Positions 1 to 9,172 of a stretch of 64,000 nucleotides of DNA are shown here, in pieces. The position numbers and the translations under genes were made by a program. How positions within the stretch are numbered: position 1 is the first letter of the stretch; the number at the start of each line of letters is the position of its first letter. The notes under the pieces were generated by a model, which was not told the DNA's origin, ran no database searches, and saw only the letters and a program-made list of their open reading frames with translations. Source of the DNA: Pararhodobacter sp. (GTDB lineage Bacteria > Pseudomonadota > Alphaproteobacteria > Rhodobacterales > Rhodobacteraceae); assembly GCF_034676075.1 (NCBI RefSeq), contig NZ_JAUCCQ010000003.1, positions 56,034 through 120,033 of the forward strand, in the 5' to 3' direction.

Positions 1-33
1 GAAGCCCCGGCCAGCGCGGCGGACGAAGGGTGA
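1..33 (+). CDS. 3' end of an upstream gene (partial, product unknown)
   Basis: Frame 1 is open from the window edge (EAPASAADEG*) and stops at TGA 31-33. Too short to assign. Confidence 0.3.
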   Translation, partial: EAPASAADEG

Positions 34-120
34 GCGGCCCCGGTGCCGCCGCCCGCCCCCGGGCCTTGAGCGGGGAACACGCCCTTGGATGATAACCCCA
101 CGCAACGGACCGCGCCGGGC

Positions 121-963
121 ATGCGGATGCGCATCGGCTGCCGCATGCGCTATCGCATGGAGCAGCCGACGCCGATGATCGCCATGCTGAACGTGCATTA
201 CTCGCGCTTCGGCGATCTGGAGCGGGCCGATTATCTGGTGACCTCGCCCAGCGTGCCGCTGGAAAGCTACCGCGACGGTTTCGGCAATTGGTGTACGCGG
301 ATGGTGGCCCCGGCGGGGGAGTTCATCCTGGCCTCGGACGGGATCTTCCGTGATTCCGGCCTGCCCGATCCCTTCGCGCCCGAGGCCCAGCAGGCCGCGG
401 TGCAGGACCTGCCCTTCGACACGCTGGTCTACCTGCTGGGCAGCCGCTATTGCGACACCGACCTTCTCTCCGAGGAGGCCTGGCGCCTCTTTGCGCAGAC
501 GCCGACTGGCTGGGCGCGGGTGCAGGCGATCTGCGACTATGTGCACGAGACGGTGGCCTTCGACTACATGCAGGCCAGCGCCACCCGCACCGCCTCGGAA
601 ACGCTGCGGGGGCGGCACGGGGTCTGCCGCGACTTCACCCATCTCGGCATCGCCTTTTGCCGCTGTATGAACATCCCGGCGCGCTATTGCACCGGGTATC
701 TGAGCGATATCGGCGAGCCGATGCCCTATCCCGCCGGCGATTTCGCCGCCTGGATGGAGGTGTATCTGGACGGCCGCTGGTGGGTCTTCGACCCGCGCAA
801 CAACACCCGCCGCCTGGGCCGGATCCTGATCGCCCGGGGACGGGATGCGGCCGATGTGCCGCTGACCCAGACCTTCGGGCCGAACACGCTGACGCAATTC
901 GACGTCTGGACCTGGGACGCGCATGATGACCCGTTCGAGGCCGTGGCCGGCGCCCGGAACTGA
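121..963 (+). CDS. transglutaminase-like cysteine peptidase family protein
   Basis: ORF track gives 85..963 with a TTG start. ATG 121 is preferred because the protein then begins MRMRIGCRMRY..PTPMIAMLNVH, typical of this family. Core Cys motif GVCRDFTHL is present, followed by a YCTGY..D segment. Confidence 0.8.
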   Translation: MRMRIGCRMRYRMEQPTPMIAMLNVHYSRFGDLERADYLVTSPSVPLESYRDGFGNWCTRMVAPAGEFILASDGIFRDSGLPDPFAPEAQQAAVQDLPFDTLVYLLGSRYCDTDLLSEEAWRLFAQTPTGWARVQAICDYVHETVAFDYMQASATRTASETLRGRHGVCRDFTHLGIAFCRCMNIPARYCTGYLSDIGEPMPYPAGDFAAWMEVYLDGRWWVFDPRNNTRRLGRILIARGRDAADVPLTQTFGPNTLTQFDVWTWDAHDDPFEAVAGARN

Positions 964-1039
964 GGGGCGGGCCCGGATCCCGGCCCGCGCCTGTCTGAAC
1001 AAGACACACCCCCTGACTTAACCTGAACTGGAGAAGACC

Positions 1040-1171
1040 ATGGCCAAGGGCAAAAGCCGTCGCGGCCGCGAAGACAAGAAGCCGAAACAGACCAAGGCCG
1101 CACCGGCGCCGGTCATGTCCTTCGGCAAGGGCCTGACCCCCGACACGGCGACGAAGCTCAAGAAGGCCTGA
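1040..1171 (+). CDS. small Lys/Gly-rich hypothetical protein (43 aa, [43 protein letters not shown])
   Basis: Below the ORF-track size cut-off. ATG is preceded by GGAGAAG 3 nt upstream. Third codon positions are almost all G/C, as in neighbouring genes. Lies between two transglutaminase-family genes on the same strand. Confidence 0.45.
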   Translation: MAKGKSRRGREDKKPKQTKAAPAPVMSFGKGLTPDTATKLKKA

Positions 1172-1253
1172 GCCCGGTCACCCGGGGCGCGCGCGGGCAT
1201 CGGCGATTGCCCTGCGCCCCGGGCCCCTGACCGACAGCCGAAAGAGACCGACC

Positions 1254-2126
1254 GTGACCACGCTGACGACCTATCACAAGACCGAATACCGCTATGCCAA
1301 TCCGGTCCTGCTGGGGCCGCACCGGATGATGTTGCGCCCGCGGGAGGCGCGCGAACTCAGGCTTGTGTCGCACGAGATCACCCTCACCCCACCCGCCACC
1401 CTCACCTGGTCGCATGACGTGGCGGGCAATGCCGTCGCCACCGCCCGCTTCGACCAGCCGACCGACCATCTGCTGATCGAGAGCCGGGCAACCGTCGATC
1501 TGACCGCGCCGGTCTGGCCGGTCTTCGCCATCGCCGCCGAGGCGATCCGCTTTCCCTTCCTCTATTCGGCCGACGACTGGACCGATCTCGGCGCCCTGAC
1601 CACCCCGCAATACGCCGATCCCGAGGGCCAGTTCTCGCGCTGGGTGGAGGGGTTCGTCTTTCAGCGCCCGACCGACACGCTGTCCCTGCTCAAGGACATC
1701 GCCAACGGCGTCTCCAGCCAGATCTCGTATCAGGGCCGCGAACGGGAGGGAACGCAATCGCCCCTGGAAACGCTGGCCCGCGGCTGGGGTTCGTGCCGGG
1801 ATTTCGCCGTGCTCTTCGCCGAGGCCGCGCGCATGCTCAGCTTCGGGGCGCGCATCGTCTCGGGCTATCTTTTCGATCCCGAGACACGGCTCGTGGGCTC
1901 CGAAGGTGCGGGCTCGACCCATGCCTGGGCCGAGGTCTTCATCCCCGGCGCGGGCTGGGTGGCATTCGACCCCACGAACCAGAGCGTCGGCTCGAAGAAC
2001 CTGATCCCGGTCGCCGTGGCGCGCAGCATTCATCAGGTGGTCCCGGTCGCGGGCAGTTTCATCGGGCTGGGCAATCCTCTTCTCGGCATGAATGTCGACG
2101 TGCGTCATTCGGTGATCGGCTCTTGA
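1254..2126 (+). CDS. transglutaminase family protein with N-terminal Bact_transglu_N-type domain
   Basis: GTG start. The N-terminus [13 protein letters not shown]...HRMMLRPR is typical of the N-terminal domain. Core motif [10 protein letters not shown], and later [20 protein letters not shown]. Confidence 0.85.
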   Translation: MTTLTTYHKTEYRYANPVLLGPHRMMLRPREARELRLVSHEITLTPPATLTWSHDVAGNAVATARFDQPTDHLLIESRATVDLTAPVWPVFAIAAEAIRFPFLYSADDWTDLGALTTPQYADPEGQFSRWVEGFVFQRPTDTLSLLKDIANGVSSQISYQGREREGTQSPLETLARGWGSCRDFAVLFAEAARMLSFGARIVSGYLFDPETRLVGSEGAGSTHAWAEVFIPGAGWVAFDPTNQSVGSKNLIPVAVARSIHQVVPVAGSFIGLGNPLLGMNVDVRHSVIGS

Positions 2127-2485
2127 CCGGGACGGCCGCGATCCCGGGCCCTGTGCCCAGCGCTTCCCGGGCACTCCCGTACCCTTGCGCGCGCCGGACA
2201 GGTCAGCAGCGGTCCGGTCTGATCCAGATAGGCCGGGTCAAGACCCGCGAAGGCCACCGGCCCCCGGCAATCATGCACCGTCACATACCCCTCACGGACC
2301 CCGCTCAGCCCCCGCGCATCCGTGAACTGATCGCGGGTCAGCGGGCTTGTCGCGGCCGGCGCCTTGGCCTGTCCCCGCCGATGGCAGAGGAATGTCGGGC
2401 CCGACGGGTAGACTGCTCGCGATCACTCCAGCATAGAGCCTTTCATGCGCAAGGTGGGCAGCCGTCTGACAAGCGTCATGGCGGC

Positions 2486-2749
2486 ATGAGAAAAGGATCC
2501 CACCGAATGTCCAGCACGAGCGGCGCCGCGGGACTGGCCGCCCTGTCGATCTGCGAAACGCGGCTGCTGGCCCTGACCGACCGCGGACGCCTGCCCGGGC
2601 ACGAGGCCGCCGGGGTCCTGCGCGACGCCGCGGCCCCGCATGAGACCACCCAGGGCGCCGGGCCGGAGGCCGGGATGCACCGGGCCGCCGCCGCGCTCTT
2701 CAACACGATCTTCGCGGCGGAAAGCTCGCTGCGTCGACCCTCGCCCTGA
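2486..2749 (+). CDS. hypothetical small protein (87 aa; alternative start 2507)
   Basis: Tail of ORF 1793..2749. Only this last part has strong GC3 bias and a plausible start. No recognisable family. Confidence 0.35.
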   Translation: MRKGSHRMSSTSGAAGLAALSICETRLLALTDRGRLPGHEAAGVLRDAAAPHETTQGAGPEAGMHRAAAALFNTIFAAESSLRRPSP

Positions 2750-2780
2750 CGCCACAAAACGTAGAGGATCTGCACCACCC

Positions 2781-3860
2781 ATGACGCGACCGTCCACCTC
2801 AGACATGACCATGCCCCGACCGCCCGAAGCGCGAGAGCTTCCCGACAGCAGCGCCGAGGCGCCGCGCCATGCCTCGGACTGGACCCGGACGCTGGCGGCC
2901 TATCGCCAGCCGATCCAGTCCCGCAGCGTCTTTGAACTGGCGGTGACGCTGGTGCCGCTTGTCGCGCTCTGGGCGGCGGCCTGGTGGGCGATGTCGGTCA
3001 GCCCCCTGCTGGCGATCCTGCTGGCGCTGGTCAACGCGGGCTTTCTGGTGCGCGCTTTCATGGTGCAGCACGATTGCGGGCACGGGTCGCTGTTCCGCGA
3101 CCGGCGGGTCGGCGACTGGGTCGGGCGCGGGCTGGGGGTGCTCACGCTGACCCCCTACGATGTCTGGCGCAAGACCCATGCGATCCACCACGCCACCACC
3201 GGCAATCTGGACCAGCGAGGGATCGGCGACATGCCGACGCTGACGGTGCGGGAATACGAGGAGAAAGGCCCCCTCGGCCGCGCCGCCTATCGGCTGCTGC
3301 GCCATCCGGTCTTTCTGTTCGGGGTGGTGCCCTTCTACATGTTCTTCCTGCAAAACCGCCTGCCGGTGCATCTGATGCGCTCGGGCTGGCGCTACTGGCT
3401 CAGCGCGATGGGCACCAATGCCGTCATCGCCCTCTTGGTGGCCGGGATCCTCTGGCTGGGGGGCTGGCAGGTTCTGGTCTGCGTCTTCCTGCCGACGACG
3501 ATGCTGGCGGCGACGATCGGCATGTGGTTCTTCTATGTGCAGCATCAGTTCGAGGACACCAGCTGGCACCGGGGCGAGGACTGGAACATCCAGGAGGCGG
3601 CGCTTTACGGCAGTTCGCATTACGCCCTGCCCGCGCCGCTGCGCTGGATCAGCGGCAATATCGGCGCGCATCACGTGCACCATCTGGCCAGCCGCATCCC
3701 CTTCTACCGCCTGGATGAGGTGATCCGCGATCACCAGGTGCTGGCCGGGACCAAGCGCATCACGCTGTGGCAGAGTTTCCGCTGCGCGCGGCTGCACCTG
3801 TGGGACGAGGAGGGCCGGAAACTCCTGTCCTTCGCCGAGGCCCGGGCGCTGTCCGCCTGA
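2781..3860 (+). CDS. membrane fatty-acid desaturase family protein
   Basis: Three histidine boxes: HDCGHGS, HAIHHATTGN and HHVHHL. Hydrophobic segments lie between them. Start chosen at ATG 2781 inside ORF 2640..3860. Confidence 0.85.
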   Translation: MTRPSTSDMTMPRPPEARELPDSSAEAPRHASDWTRTLAAYRQPIQSRSVFELAVTLVPLVALWAAAWWAMSVSPLLAILLALVNAGFLVRAFMVQHDCGHGSLFRDRRVGDWVGRGLGVLTLTPYDVWRKTHAIHHATTGNLDQRGIGDMPTLTVREYEEKGPLGRAAYRLLRHPVFLFGVVPFYMFFLQNRLPVHLMRSGWRYWLSAMGTNAVIALLVAGILWLGGWQVLVCVFLPTTMLAATIGMWFFYVQHQFEDTSWHRGEDWNIQEAALYGSSHYALPAPLRWISGNIGAHHVHHLASRIPFYRLDEVIRDHQVLAGTKRITLWQSFRCARLHLWDEEGRKLLSFAEARALSA

Positions 3861-3880
3861 GGCTCAGCGCGCATGGGAAA

Positions 3881-3910
3881 ACGGGGCCCGCGAGGGCCCC
3901 GTTGGTTTGT
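3881..3910. terminator. hairpin between convergent genes (candidate bidirectional terminator)
   Basis: ACGGGGCCC-GCGA-GGGCCCCGT followed by TGGTTTGT. Confidence 0.5.
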
Positions 3911-3971
3911 CAGGCGACGGGACGCCGGTCAGCTCCGTCACCCGGACTGGTGCGGCCCAAGGCCCAGCGGG

Positions 3972-5336
3972 TCAGCCCATGAACTCGCTGGGCAAGAGCG
4001 CCTGATGCAGGAAGAGCAGGGTCTCGCGCAGATCCTCGCGGCCGATCCGGCCACCGAGGCAGACGCGGAGTTTCTCCTGCGGCGGGCCATCGACGGTGAA
4101 AGCATCCGAGGGAATGAGCCCCAGCGGCCGCCCGGCCATCTTCACCACGACATCGGCGCGGCCCACCCCCTCGGGCAGGGTCAGCCAGATGTTGAAGGCG
4201 TTCTCGGCGGCCTCGAAGCGGAACCCCTCCAGCGTCTCATGGGCGATGGCCTGCCGGGCAGCGCTTTCGAGGCGGATGAAGCGGCGGATGGCGTCGGCGG
4301 TGCCGTCCTCGATCCATTGCGTCGTCAGCGCCGTGGACAGCGGCGAGGGCATCACCGACAGCGCCCGGATCGCCTGCGAAAGGCGGATCGCACCGCGCGG
4401 CGAGGGGGCGACGGTGAAGGCCAGCCGCAGCCCGGCGCCCAGACATTTCGCCAGGCCGCCGATATGCCAGGTCAGGTCCGGCGCCAGTTGTGCCATGGGC
4501 GCGGGCGCCTTGGCGGGGATGAAGCCATAGGCGTCATCCTCGATCAGCGTCAGCCCGGTGTCGTTCAGCACCTCGGCCAGCGCCTGCCGCCGCCCGGCTG
4601 GGATGGTCAGGGTCGTCGGGTTCTGCAGCGTCGGGTTGAGATAGAGCGCTTTCGGCTGATGCCGGGCGATGGCGGCCCGCAGGGCCTCGGGCGTGATGCC
4701 CTGCGCGTCCATCTCCAGCCCGATCAGCGTCACGCCGAAGCGCGCGGCGATGTTGCGGATGCCGGGATAGGTGAGACGCTCGCAGAGGATCCGGTCGCCG
4801 GGGCTGGTGACGATCGACAGGATCGCCGCCATCGTCGCATGCGCCCCGGGGGTCACGGCGATCCGCTCCAGCGCCGGTGTCAGGCCGCGCTGGCCCAGCC
4901 AGCTGGCGGCAGCGATCCGGTCCCGATCGGCCCCGACCGGCGATTGATAGCGCAGCAGCTCAACGAGATTGGCCGAAACCATGCCCAGCCCCGCCTGCAT
5001 CCGGCCGAGGAGCGCAGGATCCGTGGGTTCGGGCGGCAGGTTCATCGACAGATCGCCCGCGCGCCGGCGCTCGGGATCCTCGGCCGCGGCGGGACGCGGC
5101 GCGACGAAGGTGCCGCGGCCGACATGGCTGGCGATCAGCCCGCGGGCCTGCGCCTCGGCATAGGCGCGCGAGACGGTGGTGAAATCGAGGCCGAGGCTCG
5201 CGGCGAGGCGACGCTGCGGCGGCAGCCGGTCGCCGATGCCCAGCAGACCCTGCTGGATGCCCTGGGAGATGGCATCGGCAATCGCCAGATAACGCGGCTT
5301 GCCGGTGTCTTCCAGCTGGGGGACCCAATCAATCAT
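3972..5336 (-). CDS. MocR/PdxR-type regulator (GntR wHTH fused to a fold-type-I aminotransferase-like domain)
   Basis: N-terminus YLAIADAISQGIQQGLLGIGDRLPPQRRLAASLGLDFTTVSRAYAEAQARGLI is a GntR HTH. It is followed by an aminotransferase-like domain of about 350 aa. Confidence 0.85.
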   Translation of the reverse strand: MIDWVPQLEDTGKPRYLAIADAISQGIQQGLLGIGDRLPPQRRLAASLGLDFTTVSRAYAEAQARGLIASHVGRGTFVAPRPAAAEDPERRRAGDLSMNLPPEPTDPALLGRMQAGLGMVSANLVELLRYQSPVGADRDRIAAASWLGQRGLTPALERIAVTPGAHATMAAILSIVTSPGDRILCERLTYPGIRNIAARFGVTLIGLEMDAQGITPEALRAAIARHQPKALYLNPTLQNPTTLTIPAGRRQALAEVLNDTGLTLIEDDAYGFIPAKAPAPMAQLAPDLTWHIGGLAKCLGAGLRLAFTVAPSPRGAIRLSQAIRALSVMPSPLSTALTTQWIEDGTADAIRRFIRLESAARQAIAHETLEGFRFEAAENAFNIWLTLPEGVGRADVVVKMAGRPLGLIPSDAFTVDGPPQEKLRVCLGGRIGREDLRETLLFLHQALLPSEFMG

Positions 5337-5599
5337 CGCGGCAACTCCTGTTCAGCAGCAGGCTAGCGGATTGATTCGGGGAATTGAAGGGCAATTGTAT
5401 GGATATACGGCTCCAACGGCCTGCCGCGACGCTTTGTCCGCTTTTACTGTCATAAGCGGACCCGCTTTCGCGCGCCACCCCCAATAGAACCAATCAATCA
5501 CGCTACAATGTCGCACTTTGAATGTGATTTTTCCCATTCAATTTCCCACAATCTGCCCTATATTCACCCCATGCGTCTTGACCGAAAGCGAGTACGACT

Positions 5600-5980
5600 A
5601 TGAGCACCCCTGCCCCCCGTGATACCAAGCTGGCCGTCCGGCGCGGCCTGATGCTGCGGTGCCCGGCCTGTGGAGAGGGTAAGCTCTTCGGCCGCTACCT
5701 GAAGGTCAATCACACCTGCGCCGCCTGTGGTGAGGAGCTGCACCATCAGCGCGCCGACGATGGCCCGGCCTATCTGACGATCCTGGTGGTCGTGCATGTG
5801 GTCGGGATCGCGCTGCACAGCCTCGTCGGTCGCTATCAGGACCACCCGCTGCAACTGGCGCTGATCCTCTGTACGGTGGCGACGGTGCTGTCGCTGGTGC
5901 TGCTGCCCCGGATGAAGGGGCTGATGGTGGCGATCCAATGGGCCAAGGAAATGCACGGGTTCGGCAAGGCCACGTCCTGA
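5600..5980 (+). CDS. DUF983 family zinc-ribbon membrane protein
   Basis: CPACGEGKLF...CAACGEEL zinc-ribbon followed by DDGPAYLTI and two hydrophobic helices. Confidence 0.75.
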   Translation: MSTPAPRDTKLAVRRGLMLRCPACGEGKLFGRYLKVNHTCAACGEELHHQRADDGPAYLTILVVVHVVGIALHSLVGRYQDHPLQLALILCTVATVLSLVLLPRMKGLMVAIQWAKEMHGFGKATS

Positions 5981-6001
5981 ACCACCCCCGCCAATAGGAA
6001 A

Positions 6002-6032
6002 GGAGCGCGCTGTCCCCAGCGCGCTCCTTTTT
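6002..6032. terminator. rho-independent terminator between convergent genes
   Basis: Perfect 11-bp stem GGAGCGCGCTG-TCCC-CAGCGCGCTCC followed by TTTTT. Confidence 0.75.
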
Positions 6033-6049
6033 CGTTTCCGGCTGCGGGA

Positions 6050-7996
6050 TCAGCCCAGCAGGGACATGACCATCCCCTGCGGCAGGCGCAGCGACATGGC
6101 GGTGGTGATGCCATAGATGAAGGCCAGCGCCGAGGCGGTCAGGAACAGCGACCGGATCACCGGGGCCTTGCCGATCAGGATCAGGAACAGCGGGAAGAAC
6201 AGCGCCATCGACGGCAGGAAGCCGATCAGCCAGATCGCGGCGACCACGGCGATGAAGAGGCCCAGATACAGCTCGCGCCCCGACCAGCGACCGGCGACAG
6301 CCAGCGCCGCATCGTCGTCGTGCAGCGCCGAGGCCCGCCCCATCGCCAGATGCACCAGCACCCAGACCGCGCCGCCCGCCGCCAGCAGACCGACGGTCAG
6401 CGGGAAGACCTGGCCGAGGAAACTCAGCCCCAGGGCGGTGACGATGCAGACCAGCGCGGCACCGAGGAAGAGCGCGGTGAAGGCCATCTGCCGGGGACGG
6501 GTCGCGGCGGCGGCCGGGTCGGTCTCGCCCTCGCTGGAGATATCGGCGCCATAGCGCAGGCCGAGGACGACCGAGGCCACGGTGATCGCGGCGATGATCA
6601 GCACGCCCGGACGCCAGATCCAGTCCCAGTCGTAGAACTGGACGGCCTGATAGAGGTAGCCCTCGGCACCCGGGGCCAGCACGAAGCCGATCAGCAGCGC
6701 CGGACGCGGCCAGCCGAAGCGGCGCATGTAAAGCCCGACCGCGCCCATCACCACCAGCGCCACCAGATCGGCGATCGACCGCGTGGCCTGGAAGGCCGCG
6801 AACATGGTGATCATGATCATGAAGGGCGCGAGATAGACGAAGCGGATCTGCGTCAGCTTGGCGACATAGCGGGCGAGCAGCACGCAGAGCCCGGCGCCGA
6901 CGATATTGGCCAGCGCCAGCGACCAGATGATCGTATAGGTCAGGTCAAGCCGCGTCTGCACCAGCGTGATGCCGGGCTGGATCCCCAGCAGCACCATGCC
7001 GCCCAGGAACACCGCCATCGAGCCCGAGCCGGGCACGCCGAACAGTAGCGTCGGCACCAGCGCGCCGCCCTGGCAGGCGTTGTTGGCCGATTCCGGGGCG
7101 ATGACGCCGCGGATGTCGCCCTTGCCGTATTGCGACTTGTCGCGGCTGGTCTGGACGGCGTGGCTATAGGCGATCCAGTCGACGACCGCGCCGCCGAGGC
7201 CGGGCAGCGCGCCGATGACGCAGCCCAGACCGGCGCAGCGGGCGACCAGCCAGGGATGGCGCAGCACGTCGCGCAGCCCCTTGCCCCAGCCGCCGCCGAG
7301 GCCCGTGGTCTCGGAAATGGCATTGCCGCGCTTCAAGAGGTCGATGATCTCGGGGATGGCGAAAAGGCCCATGGCGACGACGACCAGCGGGATGCCGTCA
7401 TAGAGGTAGTCGATGCCCAGCGTCATCCGGGGCTCACCGGTCGCGGGGGCGGTGCCGATCACGCCGACGATCAGGCCCAGACCCGCCGCGGCGATCCCCT
7501 TGGCGAGGCTTCGGCCTGACAGGACCGCGACCATGGACAGGCCGAAAAGCGTCAGCATGAACAATTCCGCCGACGAGAAGGACAAAACCAGCGGCCGGGC
7601 CATGACGATGGCCACCGACAGGACCAGCGCGCCGATCACGCCGCCCAGAAGCGAGCTGGCGAAGGCGGCCGAGAGGGCCCGTGCCGCCTCGCCCTTCTTG
7701 GCGAGGGGGAAGCCGTCCAGAACCGTGGCCTGACTGGCGCTTGATCCCGGAATGCCCATCATCACCGAGGTGAAGGTGTCGCCCGTTGGAATGACCGCGA
7801 CCATGCCAATCAGCATGCCGAGCGCCGAGGTCGGGTCCATCCCGTAGAGGAACGGCAGCAGGATGGACATGCCCGCGATGCCGCCCAATCCGGGCATGAT
7901 GCCCACGGCCAGGCCCACGAAGACACCGATGACCAGAAATCCAAGGTGCGCGCCGGTAAAGACCTGGCCCAAAGCAAGAAGTGCGGCGTCGAGCAT
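6050..7996 (-). CDS. tctA: tripartite tricarboxylate transporter permease, TctA-type with an extra C-terminal 4-helix (TctB-like) extension
   Basis: 648 aa polytopic protein with TctA-like sequence (GLAVGIMPGLGG..., GVPGSGS...). The last 150 aa or so add further hydrophobic helices. GGAGGG RBS before ATG 7996. Confidence 0.85.
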   Translation of the reverse strand: MLDAALLALGQVFTGAHLGFLVIGVFVGLAVGIMPGLGGIAGMSILLPFLYGMDPTSALGMLIGMVAVIPTGDTFTSVMMGIPGSSASQATVLDGFPLAKKGEAARALSAAFASSLLGGVIGALVLSVAIVMARPLVLSFSSAELFMLTLFGLSMVAVLSGRSLAKGIAAAGLGLIVGVIGTAPATGEPRMTLGIDYLYDGIPLVVVAMGLFAIPEIIDLLKRGNAISETTGLGGGWGKGLRDVLRHPWLVARCAGLGCVIGALPGLGGAVVDWIAYSHAVQTSRDKSQYGKGDIRGVIAPESANNACQGGALVPTLLFGVPGSGSMAVFLGGMVLLGIQPGITLVQTRLDLTYTIIWSLALANIVGAGLCVLLARYVAKLTQIRFVYLAPFMIMITMFAAFQATRSIADLVALVVMGAVGLYMRRFGWPRPALLIGFVLAPGAEGYLYQAVQFYDWDWIWRPGVLIIAAITVASVVLGLRYGADISSEGETDPAAAATRPRQMAFTALFLGAALVCIVTALGLSFLGQVFPLTVGLLAAGGAVWVLVHLAMGRASALHDDDAALAVAGRWSGRELYLGLFIAVVAAIWLIGFLPSMALFFPLFLILIGKAPVIRSLFLTASALAFIYGITTAMSLRLPQGMVMSLLG

Positions 7997-8056
7997 GTTT
8001 CACCCTCCCCAGTGTTGAACGCCGGCGGAACCTCCCCAGGGTCCGCCGGCAAAGCG

Positions 8057-9145
8057 TCAGAAGCTGACGTTGAACTCGTCGCGCAGCCAGGTGACGAGGT
8101 AGTCGCGGACCGCGGGGTCGATCTGCAGCGCCCGGGTCAGCGCGGCATCGGCCTCGGCCCCGACTAGCTGGGTATAGGCACCCAGTTCCTCACCCGCGCG
8201 CTCGCGGAAGTCCGGGGCATCGACGATCTCCTGCGCCGCGGCGGCATAGGCGGCGATGATCTCGGCCGGGACGTCGCGGGGCAGGACCATCATCTTCTGC
8301 AGCGAGAAACCGGCCAGCATCAGCGAACGCCAGGCGTCGAAGGCCTCGCCCTCGGGCGCGGCACCGGTCGCCTGTTCGAAGAACTCGACGAAGGTCGGCA
8401 GGTCCGGGAAGGACGGATCGCGCGAGACGCTGCCATCTGCGTTGACCACGCCGAGCGCGAAGAGCGGCACGGCACTGCCCGCTTCCACCAGCGGCGCGAC
8501 GCTGCTCAGATAGGCGGGCGTCGTCTGGAAATCGATGCCCGACTCGCCCCGCTCGAAGGCCAGACGACCAGCGCCACGGCTTTCCATGCCGAAGACGGCC
8601 CGGATGTTGAGGTCGAGCATCTCGAAGGCCAGCAGCACCGGCATTTCCAGACCCGTCGCGCTTTGCGCGGCGAAGCGGATTTCCGAGCCGCGCAGCGCCT
8701 CGATATCCGCCGGGCCGCTCACGCCATAGCTGGGCGCGATATAGACGACGCCGCCGACGGGCGAGGCCAGGACCGCGGTCCAGTTGGCATAATCGTAGCG
8801 CACCCGGGGATCACCCAGGATCGCCGGGAACTGGGTCGAGGCCGAGGTACCCAGCACTTCCAGCCCGTCCGACGCCGCGCGCATGGCGAATTGGTTGGCG
8901 CCGGTGATCGAGCCCCCGCCCGGCACGTTCAGCACCACGACATTGGGGTTGCCCGGCAGGTGCTGGCTGAACTGCGGCGCGAAGAACCGCGCCCAGACAT
9001 CGGTGCCGCCGCCGACACCGAAGGGAATGGTCCATTCGATGTTCTCGCCCGCGAAGTCCTGGGCAATGGCCGGGGTGGTGAGGGGGGCAAGGGCGATCGC
9101 GGTCGCGAGCACGCCCCTGAGGCTCAGGGATTTCAGCATGGTCAT
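8057..9145 (-). CDS. tctC: tripartite tricarboxylate transporter substrate-binding protein (Bug/TctC family)
   Basis: Signal peptide ending AIAQD. Motifs IPFGVGGGTDVWAR and NVPGGGSITG. AGGAGGAG RBS. Confidence 0.85.
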   Translation of the reverse strand: MTMLKSLSLRGVLATAIALAPLTTPAIAQDFAGENIEWTIPFGVGGGTDVWARFFAPQFSQHLPGNPNVVVLNVPGGGSITGANQFAMRAASDGLEVLGTSASTQFPAILGDPRVRYDYANWTAVLASPVGGVVYIAPSYGVSGPADIEALRGSEIRFAAQSATGLEMPVLLAFEMLDLNIRAVFGMESRGAGRLAFERGESGIDFQTTPAYLSSVAPLVEAGSAVPLFALGVVNADGSVSRDPSFPDLPTFVEFFEQATGAAPEGEAFDAWRSLMLAGFSLQKMMVLPRDVPAEIIAAYAAAAQEIVDAPDFRERAGEELGAYTQLVGAEADAALTRALQIDPAVRDYLVTWLRDEFNVSF

Positions 9146-9172
9146 GTCGTCTCCTCCTACGTTGATGGTCGC

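Noticed and set aside
963-1010. A GC-rich imperfect hairpin (GCGGGCC...GGCCCGC) after the first transglutaminase gene, considered as a terminator.
   Set aside because: There is no T-tract, and the downstream small ORF and second transglutaminase gene are probably co-transcribed. This is not enough to call a terminator.
2107-2422. A coding-looking minus-strand stretch (...PLTRDQFTDARGLSGVREGYVTVHDCRGPVAFAGLDPAYLDQTGPLL...) in the 650-bp gap after the second transglutaminase gene.
   Set aside because: An in-frame TGA at 2423-2425 closes it upstream. The only ATG, GTG or TTG start leaves fewer than 60 codons. I recognise no family. It could be a gene remnant but cannot be supported as a feature.
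5391-5410. TGTATGGATATACGG in the MocR/DUF983 intergenic region resembles the TAACGTATAC-type motif. A nearby 8-bp hairpin at 5436-5461 was also noted.
   Set aside because: The second half-site is out of register by 1 nt and the TAAC flank is missing. It is more likely a MocR-related site or chance. The hairpin has no T-tract or obvious function.
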